Assembly: GCA_010909165.1 (NCBI GenBank)
Contig: MU008169.1
Span: 558,001-622,000, forward strand
Direction: 5' to 3'
DNA length: 64,000 nt
Origin: Anthoceros angustus
Lineage: Eukaryota > Plantae > Anthocerotophyta
The notes under the pieces are model-generated. The model searched no databases, was not told the origin of the DNA, and was given only the letters and a program-made list of their open reading frames with translations. Position numbers and translations under genes: made by a program. This document shows, piece by piece, positions 37,399 to 50,171 of the stretch; the stretch's first letter is position 1; each line of letters starts with the position of its first letter.

Positions 37399-37613
37399 AA
37401 GAAGAAGAAGAAGAATTTTATTGAAGTCCACTAAGGACGGATTTCCGTCATGGGACTTGGTACTTAACAACTTGTACCATGGTGTGCCTAAGCTACTTGC
37501 ACCAAGGGCATCCACTCCCTTTAGGCACCCCATCTAAGTACCGATCTAAGCTCAGGATGCTTAATCACATGTTCTTATAAATGTGTATCCATTTGGCCTA
37601 AGCCATTTGGACA
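37399..37613 (-). mobile_element. 5'-truncated non-LTR retroposon copy with AATAAA plus (TTC)n tail
   Basis: 6-bp TSD CGAGAG (37393-98, 37614-19); same 3' end as 61367-61463. Confidence 0.75.
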
Positions 37614-38929
37614 CGAGAGGGGCCCCGAGAGTCTACGAATCCACCCTCCGAACTCTTGTCGTCTATGAATGTAAGTTACATGAATAATGATCACATTGTA
37701 AATTGCATGTCCTGGAGCCCGAGCCCTCTGACACTGTAGACCTCGATTACATTATGCAACGGGTCTTTCACCACTTGGCCTCTGCCAAACTCGCGCTCCC
37801 AGCGACAGCCGTCTATCGGGTCAGCCAGGTGTGGTGTGGGATATGACACGATTTTACAATATAAAAATAACGTTTTTTCTTGTTTTGCTTTTTATATTTT
37901 ACTTCAACGCTGTATAGTCCCACGTATGAACTCGCTGAAGGGAATCGGGCGTTCCTCATCCCCTGGATGTCACCGAGTTTTTCAGGAAAAGGTGGTCTCA
38001 CGTAGGATGACGAATGAAGTGCACGACGGTGTCCCTGGATGTTCACCGTGACAGATTGTGAAGTAGGCAAACAGGCTGCTCAGCAATCATCAATGTCAGA
38101 GCGATGTCGTAAAACACGGCGCTCCGTTCCATGCCTCTCGACACGTCTTCGTCTTGGTGGCTGCATAGAACGTGGACAACGCGAAATTATTGAAGGTGGT
38201 CCAATCAGGTCTCATCCAGCGCCCCTGTATTGATTTCCTTGAGGCTCGCAAACCTAAAATTGAACCATACGAGAAAAAAACCATCCCGAGATTTGATAGG
38301 GCGTCGCAGGTTTGATACTTGCATGGGCCATTCATTCCATCACAATTCTTCCCAAGAATTAGAGTGCTGATGACTATTTTTGGGCTTACCAGGGTTGAGC
38401 AGACTGCGAGCCGCGGGTACCAGCTGAACCAGAAAACTTCTCCGTAACCAACACTACAACTCGCCGTTCCTTTGCTGGGAGGCTTGGGGTTCAAGCAATG
38501 CAGCATATCCGATTTTCACCACCTCGGGCAAGCACTGCAAAACCTTTTCCACATCATATCAAATTGTGGAGAAGCCCCTGAAATGAGAAAAAACCACCAG
38601 AGAACCTTGAATGTAGAGCTCTGCAGTGCAGGATACTGCTTAACATTTCAGTGCAATCCAGTTACACTCCGGCGCCTTCTGTTTGCCTGAGTGATGTTTT
38701 TGCCATCTCCTGAACGTCATGCAGATTGCTGTCAGAAGATCGACCGAGTAGCGGTGGAGGAAGGTGATTGCACCAGGCTATGGAAAATTCCGAATGAATT
38801 GGACGAGGCGCCATTGCTTGGGGTGGGGCGCAACTACTAACCCGCCATGCCATTGCCGTGCGGATCCTTTGAAAGGGGCTCGTCTGCTCGGTTGGTTAGC
38901 GAGTGCGCATCAGAGTGGAGCAGCGGAAG

Positions 38930-39100
38930 CGTGGTGGCGGAGCGGTGTGCGATGCTGCCGCGTCGTGCGGTGCGGAGCGTGCGGGGCGGCGTGCGGTGCT
39001 GCCGCGGCGTGCGGTGCGGAGCGTGCGGGGCGGCGTGCGGTGCGGCCGTGCGGAGTTCCTGCCGGTAGGCCCGGCCGTGCGGAGTTCGTGACGGTAGGCC
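38930..39100. repeat. GC-rich tandem repeat (gcggtgcggagcgtgcggggcggcgt)
   Basis: Visible repeated units. Confidence 0.75.
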
Positions 39101-39612
39101 CTGCCGTCCCGTGAAGGGAGGGTTCCGGGTTTGGGCGGAGCCTGGGGCTGTGGGCCCGCCTGGTCGACTTTTGTTGGTGTGGTTACTAGAGTCGGTCATG
39201 TGGGTGGAGTTATGTTTGCGTGCCTCCTTAAGTGCAGCATGGGAAGCTGCTTCTGCTCAAATTCGAGAAAGAGTTCTGAAATCGGATGTAGGGTTCATGT
39301 GCACTGCTGTGTCTGCGTGCCTCCTTAAATGCAGACTGGAAAGCTCATTCGTGCTCAGATTCAAGCAAGAGGTCTGGAATCGGATTTAGGGTTCTTCTGT
39401 GCTTCTGGCCAGCTGCTGAGCAGCTCAAACAAGTTGGCAGAAGACACCCCTGCTCAAGGATATGTTCGTTCTGCAGCGCAGACTTGGGCCATCTCCGTTT
39501 TGACAAAGTCAAGCCCGGCAGATCACAAGATCCATACAGCAGTTTTCAGGGACAAGGGCTTCTAGACCCATGCCCTGCTTAGAATCATTGACTAGCTAGT
39601 TCTTCTTCATTC

Positions 39613-42493
39613 TTACGGTTGACCCTTACAACTGCAACCACCAGCTGCGAATCGATGCACACGATACCCATCCCTTACAACAATGTTTCTCTTTTCAACC
39701 CTTGACATGACCTCCGTGGAACTGTGGCAGTCACTGCACATGCGTAGATTCTTCGTTACCAGCAGAGGGGTGCCATCCGAGGTATTCAAGAGACCATATG
39801 CCAGAGCTAGCTTCTCAGCATGCCCGCAAAGCTGATCTTCCTTTTCCTTCTCACGCAGTGGCTTCAGCACCAACTTTGTGTGGCACGTGGCCTCCTTCCT
39901 GCTTCAGACGTGTACTCATGCTCCCCACCTTGAGAGCAAGATCATCTCTGTTTTCTCCCACCACAAATGTATGTACCTGCTTCTCCACCTCAATGGTGAC
40001 ATTGCAGGCTTCTTGTTGGCTCCTGCCACCATTCTCTGTGTTTCAATCCTGTCTACATCGGCCCACCTGCCTGCATCTGCATAGGCATTGGCCATGAGCA
40101 CATACGCCGATGCACCCTGAGGCTCCAGTCTAACGAGGCTTTCAAAACACCGGATCGCCCTCTCTACATCCCCGTGACTCTTGCAGGAACTAAGCAAAGA
40201 CGTCAACCCCACAGCATTCCTTTGGCTCCCACATGATAATAGCATGTTCTCTGCCTCATCTAAGTGACCTGCACGCCCAAGAAGATCAATCATGCAATTG
40301 TAATGCTCAATAGTAGGTTTGATGCCGTGCTGTTCAGCCATGGAATCAAAGTGCTTGCGTCCCTCATGCACCAGTCCCTCATGACTGCATGCTGCTAAAA
40401 GGCAAGTAAAGGTAGCTTCATCAGGCTGAACACCGGCATCTAACATCGCCTCAAAACAAGCTACTGCGGAGTGACCTTCATCACAAGCACCACAGCCAGC
40501 TATCAGGGCTGTCCATGTCACCACACTTTTTGTGGCCAAGCTGTCAAAAACCCCTCGTGCATCTTCCAATTCGCCACACTCTGCATACATGTCTATCAGG
40601 AAACTGCCTACTATCTAGCAGTCCTCTTTCCACAATCTGTGAGTGCAGCTGCCTGCCTTTCTGTAAGGCACCAGTGCTTGCACAGACCTTCAGAAGGCAA
40701 GCAAAGTGACATGGTTAGCCAAAGTCAGGCCCTCTTGCTCCATCTGTCCATATACAACAAGCGCCTCTTGGCCAAGCCCTTGCTGTGCATGTCCAGCTAT
40801 CAGGGCCGTCCATGTCACCACATTTTTTGAGGCCAAGCAGTCAAAAACCCTCGTGCATCTTCCAGTTCACCACATTTTGCATACATGTCCACCAGGCAGT
40901 TGCCCAACACCATGTCATCCAGCAGTCCTCTTTCACAATCTGTGAGTGCAGCTGCCTGCCCTTCTGTAAGGCACCAGTGCTTGCACAGGCCTTCAGAAGG
41001 CAAGCGAAAGTAACATGGTCAGCCACAACTAGGCCCTCCTGCTCCATTTGGCCATACAGAACAAGCGCCTCTTGGCAGCGCCCTTGATTGGCATACCCAG
41101 CAATCAGGGCATTCCATGTCACACGTCCTTAGTGGCCAAGCTATCAAAAACCAGACGTGCATCTTTCAGTTCGCCACACTTCGCATACATGTCCACCAGG
41201 CAGGTACCCACGAGCATGTTGTCTAGCAGTCCTCTTTGGACAATCTGTGAGTGCACCTGCCTGCCCTTCTGTAAAGCACCAGCGCTTGCACAGGCCTTCA
41301 GAATGCAAGAGAAAGTAACTTGGTTAGCCAAAATCAGGCCCTCTTGCTCCATTTGTCCATACAGAACAAGTGCCTCTAGACCGAGCCCTTGCTATGCATA
41401 CCCAGCAATCAGGGAATTCCATGTCACCAAATCCTTAGTGGCCAAAAACCTGGCGTGCATCTTTCACTGCGCCACATTTTGCATACATGTCAACCAGGCT
41501 GTTGCCCACAAACAAGTTAGGAGCCATGCAACTGTGCAACACATCACAGTGCACTCCCCTGCCAGATTCCAAAGTCCAGCGCAAGTGCACAATCTTGAAT
41601 GGCAGCTACAAATACGTGAGCATCCGCCTTCACACCTGAGCTACGCATTTCATGGTACAGTTGTATGGCCTCATTAGGCTTCCCATGTTTCACATGTGCG
41701 GAGATTATGGAAAACCACATGAAGGCAGTTGGTTTTCCCACCCTGGTGAACACATCCATGGCCTCCTGTAGCGTACCTCCAGATGCATACATGCGCAATA
41801 TATGGTTCCCCAAGTATGCATTTGACTCGTACCCAAGTTTCACAGTGAGATCATGAACTCGTCGCCCCAAAACCAGATCCTTCCTAGCTGCACACAGTTT
41901 CAGCACAGAATAAAACAGAGACTCAGAAATTGCACAGTCAGTCCGCGCTAGAGATTCCAGGGCTCCAACAGCCTCAGTAAGCTTCCCCTGCTGACATAGC
42001 GTGCCACGGTCACAGCCGTTATGACGCCCATTTCCGTCCCACGCCTGCCAGGCTCAGGCTTCTCCATGGGGCTCCACTTGGAGAGAGAGGAACCATGACC
42101 CATCTGCAAATCCAAGGAAACGAGCTCCTCATCCACCCTAGCTGGCTTGAACATGTTGTTTAACCACAGGATCTCGCCGGACCCTTTACGGCGGAAGTCA
42201 GGGGCACGGAACGTCTTCGTATCTCGCCTGTTATCCCACCACAAGGTAGGGTCCAGAAAAATTGCCTCCCTGAGCTCCTGCTCCTGCCTACGACCATCGC
42301 TAGAGAATCCACCCGCACGTTTTCTCGGCAGTGGAAGTGCTGGGCTCTTTACAATGCTGCACCTGGAGGCTTGGTTGTTTCCCAGCGGTCGACTCCCTAA
42401 GATGAGATGAGCGGGAGTTCCTCGGATGATTCCTGTGCCCCCATCAATTTGTTGGGTAAACGACGGATCCGGTTGCCATGCTGTGGCCATCAT
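39613..42493 (-). CDS. PLS-class PPR-E-DYW:KP protein, copy 2 (ends GQP); multiple frameshifts
   Basis: NKKPAM; HAEKLALAYGLL; CSDCH; CSCKGQP; PLS motifs in ORFs 39916-40590, 40841-41122, 41119-41352 and 41544-41906; N-terminus MMATAWQPDP is homologous to copy 1. Confidence 0.9.
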
Positions 42494-42899
42494 CCAGGCG
42501 CTGCTTTCGAGAGATAGGCCTGCGACATACTACATACATATGTAGTTACGCCTTAGCAGGATGGCTAGTGATGAGGATGACATGTATGGACCCAATGTCA
42601 AAACAAGAACACTGATTGCTAGACTTTGTGAAAGAAAGCAGTCGTGATGTAGTAAACTAAGCTCCAAGCTCCATTTGCGGCAGCATTGGAGATGCTAACT
42701 TTTGGAGAATGGGTAGAAGGCAAAGACATCAATGGAGACTTTATTAAAAAGAAGAGCAAGAAAACCATTTACCCCGAACTGAGTGGGGACAACCCACTGA
42801 AGGGCCGAGAGCCAGGCCCCCACGAATGCTAACCCAAAGCTATCTACCACCCCAATTATGTCGTGGTCCGAGATGAGGAAAGGCCTACATACAACTGGT

Positions 42900-43480
42900 G
42901 CCGATGATGCCACGTCTCATGCGCTCGTTGCCATCCTGTAAATAGTGTTGGCCAACGCTTTCTGCAAGACAATGGATACCCGCTGTCGAAAGAAAGCCAC
43001 CACCGAGGAAAGAGGGAGACCCACCCCATTCCGACGACTATGGTAGGCTTTTACACAATCCTTAATGAGCTGGGAAAAATCCTTGCCCATAGCCCCGTGA
43101 GTCTCAATGGCGAGGGGAATGAAGGCGTGGTTTTCCTGCAAAGGTGTGTACTTGTGTACTTTAGCAGTCGCGTATCCCTCCGCCGCCTAGCCCGGAGGGT
43201 TGATAATAACATGCTCACAAATGGAGTTTCGGGTAGGGTCCATTACGATGACATGCGCAACAAAGATTTGGTTCTTCCGGATCAAAATTAGATCCACCTT
43301 GATCGACATCCCATTGCGCAGGATATATAGACGCTCCTTGAATAGAAAATAATCGCTCTCCATGGCCATTGTGGACGGACTTTTGCAGACGGACCAGCCG
43401 GGCGCACACTTATCCTATGTCGTGTAGTATGGGATTCGAGCCCAAGGAAATGGTCTGCTCTGTTTGCTTACTATTCACCT
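42900..43480 (-). mobile_element. 3' fragment of an RLE-clade (CRE-like) non-LTR retrotransposon
   Basis: KVDLILIR..FVAHVIVMDP...AA...AKVHKY...FIPLAIETHGAMG...FFRQRVSIVLQKALA restriction-like endonuclease signature. Confidence 0.75.
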
Positions 43481-44874
43481 ACTTCGGGTCCTAATTGACC
43501 CGGGCTGCTACCGTGACTAAAACCGTTCTGTCAGTTCTCCTTGATTGCGGGGGTGGGCGGCGGCCTCACCTTTCTTGTGATCCACTAGACCGACCACGAT
43601 CGTTGCCCAACACCGCCCGACATCCACTTGCTTGGGAGAGGAGGGCGGGGAGGAGGCGGACCACGCACGACGTGACCCCGATCGGGCCTATTATGGCGAT
43701 CGGCTGGCGGCGTGGGACGGCGATGTTCAAGATACCAACCTACCCTCCCGACGAACCGCACCGGAGTGCGTACTACTCTTCTCAACATTAGCGCCTGGAG
43801 GTTACAGCCTCGAGCTCAGCCGTACCACCGTCCAAACCCCTACTTTATACCCTCCGCTCACCTTCCTTCATATTCCACAACTCACACTATCGTACAGGCT
43901 CGGTATGGTCGAATGTTTAAGGACTCGTACCCGTCCTTGTATTCTCGTCCATCTGGGAGCCTTCTCTCCCGCTCCACTCTCGTCGCTCTCGTTTGTACTC
44001 TGCGGTGCCTCAGGTTGGGGTCGTGCGATTCGACGAAGGCCAAGCTGCAGCACCTCCGCGTCCACGCCCGCACGGCCTAGCTAGTCCGGGCTCTACATGC
44101 CCTCCCCGGCGGTTGGCTTCTCTTGTCCGCTCCGGTCTTCTTGTCACCTGCATCTCACCCTCGAGGAGCAAGGATCGCGACTCCTCTGCACCTGCAATCA
44201 CCTTCACGCTTTAGGGGGTTCGTCACCAGAACCTAGATAGACCTCTTCGAAGAAGTCCGCTCGCTCGGTGACTCGGGTCTCGCACTAGTACTTGGCTCAT
44301 AGGAGCCTGTATGCACAGTGCGGTATCAACCTCAAAAGGAAAATCACATTATTTTGGGCGGCAACCCCCTCTTGTATTGCTCCTTAAGGTAGTGCCGTTA
44401 TTACATCCCTAAAACTAGCCCTACCGCCAGCTACCTACACACGCGCGAGTGACCCCATACCTACGTCTACGGCGATGGGGTTGCTGTTGACTGCGGCTGA
44501 CTCCCGCATCCGGCAGCCCAATCCCTAGCCCTGACGCCGGAGGAGCGCCCAGCCTGATTATTCTTGACCCCTGCAGTCAGTCCTGCAGAGGCCCGACCCC
44601 CACCTCGAACCCAGTTGGGCCGTCCCACCGGAGGCGGGCTAACAACCGCTATCACCATTAAATCCTCCTCCTGCGGCTTCACCGAAGCCTAAACTGAGGT
44701 ACACCCCTTGTACCCTAGTGGGACCCTTACCCCCTAGTCCGTCCGAGGTCCGTTCATCTTGCGGCTGCTGGGTCTGTCCTCCGGAACCAAACAAGTCCCC
44801 CTTTAATGCGAGACCTCGACCTCTGGCACTGGGGCGAACCTCGAAGACTTCCCAAGACCGGTCCATCTTCCCAT

Positions 44875-44980
44875 CCCGACCCCGACCCCGACCCCGACCG
44901 CGATCTCGACCCCGATCGCGACCGTGACCGCGACCCCGACCCCGACCGCGACCCCGACCCCAACCGCGACCCCGACCGGT
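44875..44980. repeat. Hexamer tandem repeat (ACCCCG/ACCGCG)n
   Basis: About 17 degenerate copies. Confidence 0.9.
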
Positions 44981-46542
44981 GCAGAGAAGTGCCGACTTCC
45001 CATCCGATCATAGCTCTCTGTGAGGCTCGTATCTCGGGACCTCGCCTTTTTCCACAAATAGGGCAAGGGGTGTCCCAAGCGGAAGCTGAAGAAAAAGGCC
45101 CTAGGCCAGAAAAAAGGAATACCAAAAAAACGCTAACATGGAAACACCTTCACGGTCCACGCGATCGATAATCGCACAACTCCAAACAGAATATATGTGC
45201 CACGCGACCCCGCTCCAGCCGACCCGGCCAAGCATTGCCCCAACCTATAGATGAACCTGGGCCCCACCACTCCCCGGGCCAAAGGTGGGCCCCATTACTC
45301 ATAGGGCCCAAAGGTGAGCCCACCGCTCCCAGGGCCCAAAGGTGAGCCCCACCACTCTCGGCAACCAAAGCCGATCGCGGATGCACCCTAGCAGAGAAGA
45401 AGACCTGCCGGGGCAACCCCCATGCAGCCCGGCTGGCGGTGAGCACCGCAAACCATGCAAATTGGGACACCACGAGCTCCCCACGTTGCCAAGAAGACAA
45501 TAAGATGTCGCCGACCAAATTCTTTAGTCACGCGCCCACCCCCACATAACAGAACATCGGGCTTCCTCGGCCTCCGAACGCCGGCCATCAGCCCATTCCT
45601 TGCCAACGACGCCGCCTGACGCCACGCTACGCCGCCACGCACCGCCCGACGACGCCACACTCGCCGCTAGCCCCGCAGCCTCACCCGCCTTAGCGCATCA
45701 CCGACCGCCGCCGTCGCATTATGCTTGGTCGCTCGCCGCTTGGTCGCCGCTCGCCTTGGCGCTTGCCTCCTTCGATGAGGAAGTTCCTTATAAGTAATAA
45801 ATAAAGATGAATGATCTCATCTACGCCAATTCAATGTTGAAAACAAGATCCTTAAAAAAGGAGTTTCCTATTGTGTGAAGAACAAACATCTATTGTTAAA
45901 CTTCAAAATATAAATATAATAATTAGTAGTCATCAGAATCCAGTCTAGTCTAGTTTTTGGTGTATATTTAGTTATCGGGTCTACTTGCACAAAAAAATAG
46001 GTTATCGGATCTTGACTACTAAAAATCTCTATATATGTAGATTTTGTGGTCATCTATTATTCATTTATTTTTTATGAGACTTGTTTGCTTTGAGAGAGTA
46101 GATTTTTATTAGAGCCTATGCTACGTATTAACTTTGGTTTTGGGTCAAGCTATGTTTAATTATGTCTTGATGGATAAAGAGTCACTATATATGTAGATGT
46201 AGTATTCATTTATTATTTGTTTATTTTTGGAAAATAATTCGGTTGAGACAGTATATTTTTATTAGAAGTTATGCTATAAATTGATCTATCAGGTTTGAAG
46301 GGTCCTATTTCAACGAAGATATTTGAATTGTGGCCTCAAGCCTTACTACGAAGGAGATATTCGAGCTATGGGGTCCTGAAGGGTGTTACAACATGAGACC
46401 TATTACGGGCTATATGGTAGAGATCTCATGGCTAGGTTGTCACTCATCAAATGTGAGATGCAATATATCAAAAGCGAATACAATCAATACATGTACGTGA
46501 TTTACTTGTCTCACATCGCCTTCACTATTATCTTCAACAAAA

Positions 46543-47181
46543 ATGGATGCAGAAGAACTTGAAAAGGGAGAACTGGTCTTGAACAACATAAATGGAGAAG
46601 AACGTGAAGAAGGAGAGCTACTAGTGAACGACATGAATGATGTACTATGGTGCAATCACCAAATCTTATGTTTGCAAGGTAGTGAACTCCAAATGGTCAA
46701 CTGGGAGCGTGTGTATGAGGTTATCCAAGCTCATATAGATGTAACATATGCAAATGCAAGCATCCATGTGAACATGTGTAAATGGTCAAGACATGTATTA
46801 GACCTACATGCCCTAGCAATCGAGTGTTTTAAAAGATTTTGGATGGAAGTACTGCACGGTCGGCTAAGTAAGGATCCATTACCGGTATTCAATCAAGGAC
46901 TGAAAGAACTAGCGGATTTGGAGGAGGGCATAAGATCTACAATGACATTAGTGACAATAAGAGGTATGGCTCCCAGAGATCGGGTGGATCAATTCTTGAA
47001 GAACTTTGTAGAACAAATGAACTACTTTGTTCCTAAGCTACAATGTACAACATTTGAAAAAAAATATGCAAGACGTTCAGTAAAATTCTTCACCAAAGCC
47101 TTGCAACTAATCAAAAGTCCAAAGGAGGCTTGGAATTACAAATTTGATGTTGAAGCAGAGTTGTTAAGTCACTTAGAATAA
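46543..47181 (+). CDS. Orphan 212-aa ORF, copy 2
   Basis: 19 aa differences from copy 1 by eye (about 91% identity); no indels or stops. Confidence 0.55.
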   Translation: MDAEELEKGELVLNNINGEEREEGELLVNDMNDVLWCNHQILCLQGSELQMVNWERVYEVIQAHIDVTYANASIHVNMCKWSRHVLDLHALAIECFKRFWMEVLHGRLSKDPLPVFNQGLKELADLEEGIRSTMTLVTIRGMAPRDRVDQFLKNFVEQMNYFVPKLQCTTFEKKYARRSVKFFTKALQLIKSPKEAWNYKFDVEAELLSHLE

Positions 47182-47819
47182 ACTTCTTTTCAGGAGGTTT
47201 TTGCAAATATGTACTTTTCTTTTCTTTTGTGTAATCTATAAGAACATTTGGAAGGGTATGTACTTTTCTTTTCTTTTGTCTAATCTATAAGGACATTTGG
47301 AACGGTTTTAACATACTGTTTATCCATTTTTCCAAAGTTCTCTAATTTTTGAAGAGGATGGATCTTCGTAAGACTGCAGGTTTATCTTAGAACTAGGCCT
47401 TGCATTCTTTCCATTCTTTCCATTCCATGTGGGTATTTATTGTTCTCCAGCCCGATGGCCTAATTATTTGGCCTGCCATCCCACCATAGCCGAAGAGAAG
47501 GAAGCTCACTCGGCGAAAATGAGATGGGCAAACTAGAAATTAACAACAAAAGTTCAACTACAGGGAAAATCTGGGTAGAGACGACGGAGAATTTGGAATG
47601 TTGTTCAGACTGCAAGGCAGTCTCTATCTTATTGGCCCCAACCCTTCGCTTCCATGGTCTTTGCTTCCATGATCTCTGCTTTCTACTTATCTCATCTGAG
47701 TAAACGTCTACGTAGCCCTTTCATCTACGTAGCCAGCTCCTGTACAGAAAGTGAGGTATGCCTGTTGCGTTCTGCAGCGCAAGGCGAGATGTTGGACAAT
47801 GCACTGCACGATCCTCCTC

Positions 47820-49525
47820 TCAAGCTCCTGGCGCCTTGGGCCTTATGGTGAGCTCTGCTCGTAAGTGCAACACCCCTTCATGGAAATAGGGGCTGGCCTC
47901 AGACATGAATTGTGACCAGGGTAGAGCGAAGAGATTTTTGTAGCCCACAGCTTTGCCTCCCGTGAACAAGTAGTTGCCCTTGGACTTCGAGACGAACTCC
48001 CAGCTCGGTTTCATTCGGGCTGCAAACTCGTAGCTCACCTCAAAGCTGACTGTACCTTTCCCCTGCATCCCCAGAAAAAGGCCGAAGCAGCGAAACTGAT
48101 GATCCGCGATGCAGTGGGCGGACAAGAAAAAACCCTGCCAACCGAGGTGAAACGCCTGCGAGTACACCCGCCCCTCCGGCCAGAGGGCCTTGCATTCCTC
48201 CATCTTGAGATCGAAGAAGACGAGACACTGCTGGTAAGGAGAATCGAACTCCACCAGCTTCACGGGCCTGTACTTGTAGGCCCTCTCACAGAATCTCCGG
48301 TGCCCGGCCTCCTCCTGAGCCAGCTGCTTCTGCCGGTAGGGCGGCTCAGCCCTGAAGGTGAGAGCCTCGAACACCAACTTCGAAGCCAGGTCGTGATCAA
48401 AATCATTGCAGTTGAGCACCTTCTTCAGCCTCCTGCTGGACATCATAGGAAACCGGATAATAGACACAAGCCTGGAAGCCAAAACCTCCCTTATCCTCCG
48501 CCTTGGTATAATGCGCCCTAACCCACTTGAGGGCAAAATCATACACCGCATCCTCGGAAGCCACCTGCAACCCATCACTGGACAACACCGCCTCCACCCC
48601 CGCCAACGGCAAGCACATCACATCCTCCGAGAACCGCCCGAAATCCTTATACTTCTCCGCCAGAAACTCCCTCGCAGCCTCGGTCAGCGGCTGGACTGCG
48701 TCCGGGGACAGCACACTGGTGGGCAGGTCCAGGTACAGCAGCGCGGACTCGATGGTCATGGGCATGGTTCGCAGCTGCCTGCTGCAGGCCCGCATGCAAG
48801 AAGCCACCTGGAACTTATCCGCCGCCATGAGCACGTCCAGCATGGTGGCCGGGGTGCTGGCCTGGATCCGCCCGCTGTACATGAACTGCAGCAGGTCCAG
48901 CAGCGCCGTCTCCTCCCCCACGCAGATGCGGAGCTTGGCGTCCTTCTGCTCCGACTCCCGCATCCCGTTGGAAAAGAGCTTGTAGAAGAAGGGGCTCTTC
49001 GCGGCCAGGATGGCGGAACTGATGTGAATCACCTTGCTACACACCACGGTCCCGCTGCTCATGTTCCAATAAGAGCACGCCCCCGACCCGGCGTCCTCCT
49101 CCGGGAGTTGGGGCGTGCTCCCTGGAGCCGTAGGGCTCCTCCACCATGGCCACCACGTCCTCGTCCCTGCACTCCTGCGGCCCGTCGTCCTCCACCAACT
49201 GGTACCCCCCATCCCCCATCCCCCTGCTGCGCCTCCTGCACCTCCTCCGTCTGCTCCAGCATCGTTGACTCCCCTCAGACCCTAGCTTGGAGTGAGCTCC
49301 CTCGGCCGCGCCTCCCCCGCACTCCCGCCTCCGCTTCTTGTGCCTGGCGGCCCACATGTGGGCCAAGGAATTGCCGTCCCCATCCCCCTTCACGTCCGAC
49401 GGCCCTGCCACAATCTCAATGCGCAGAATTCGATCGGAGAAGTTGCTGTCGTTGAAGGCGAAGGCGAAGTCCGGGGCGTCTGCCGTGCCCTGGTTGAACT
49501 CGTGGTCCATGCTGTGCTGCTCCAT
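47820..49525 (-). CDS. POB1: POB1/LRB-type BTB-BACK gene copy 2, with frameshifts (pseudogene or consensus errors)
   Basis: Same protein split over ORFs 49037-49525, 48403-49212 and 47820-48578; indels near 48490 and 49100-49280. Confidence 0.8.
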
Positions 49526-50171
49526 CGCTTCCCTTCCCTCTGCTTACTTCTTCCTCGCTTTGCTTGCGCTCACTCGCCCGCAGCTGTCATCCGCAAGCTA
49601 CAGCCTGCAAGCCTGGATCTCCGTCATCTGCTCCCTCTTGCTTCCGCAGAATGGCAGCCCGAGCCCTTGCCCGTCCCCGTTCCCATTCGGCACCCGGCCG
49701 AACAGGGCGGGTCGGGGCCTGGGCGCGGCGATCAGGTCACCACCACGGCAGGTCAGATTGGCCTCGCTGCGATGCCGGTGTCCTGGCCGCTCACTCTCGC
49801 CTGCGCATGCCGTCAAAGAAAAATGTGAGCGTTCGGAAGCCCAAGGGCAAAGCGAGGATCCCGTTGCGCCCAAGGAGGAGGAAGAAGAAGAGCATCCAAG
49901 CGACGATACGCCGGCAGAAACGCGGGAAACCGAAACGGAATGGAAGCCCTGCTCTTCCTCTAAGAAGGGAGTCTCCAATACTATTTCAAATCTGGTTCAA
50001 CTGAATTCGGTCCAAAATGGTCGTCAGTCTGACCTAAGGATTAGGATTGGGACAAGGACTAGGAAGAGACCTGATTACCAAAAAGGGATGCCACACTTGC
50101 TGTAATGTAGAGGAAAAAAATGCACAATGGGTATTGTATACGTACGTGTGTAGGTACAATATTATGGCTCT

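Noticed and set aside
37800-38700. Possible coding remnant (a TET/JBP or AlkB-like motif was considered)
   Set aside because: No HxD...H triad or other convincing motif in any frame.
43500-44450. Possible reverse-transcriptase remnant belonging to the RLE element
   Set aside because: Wrong strand relative to the RLE fragment and no YxDD or QGDPL motif.
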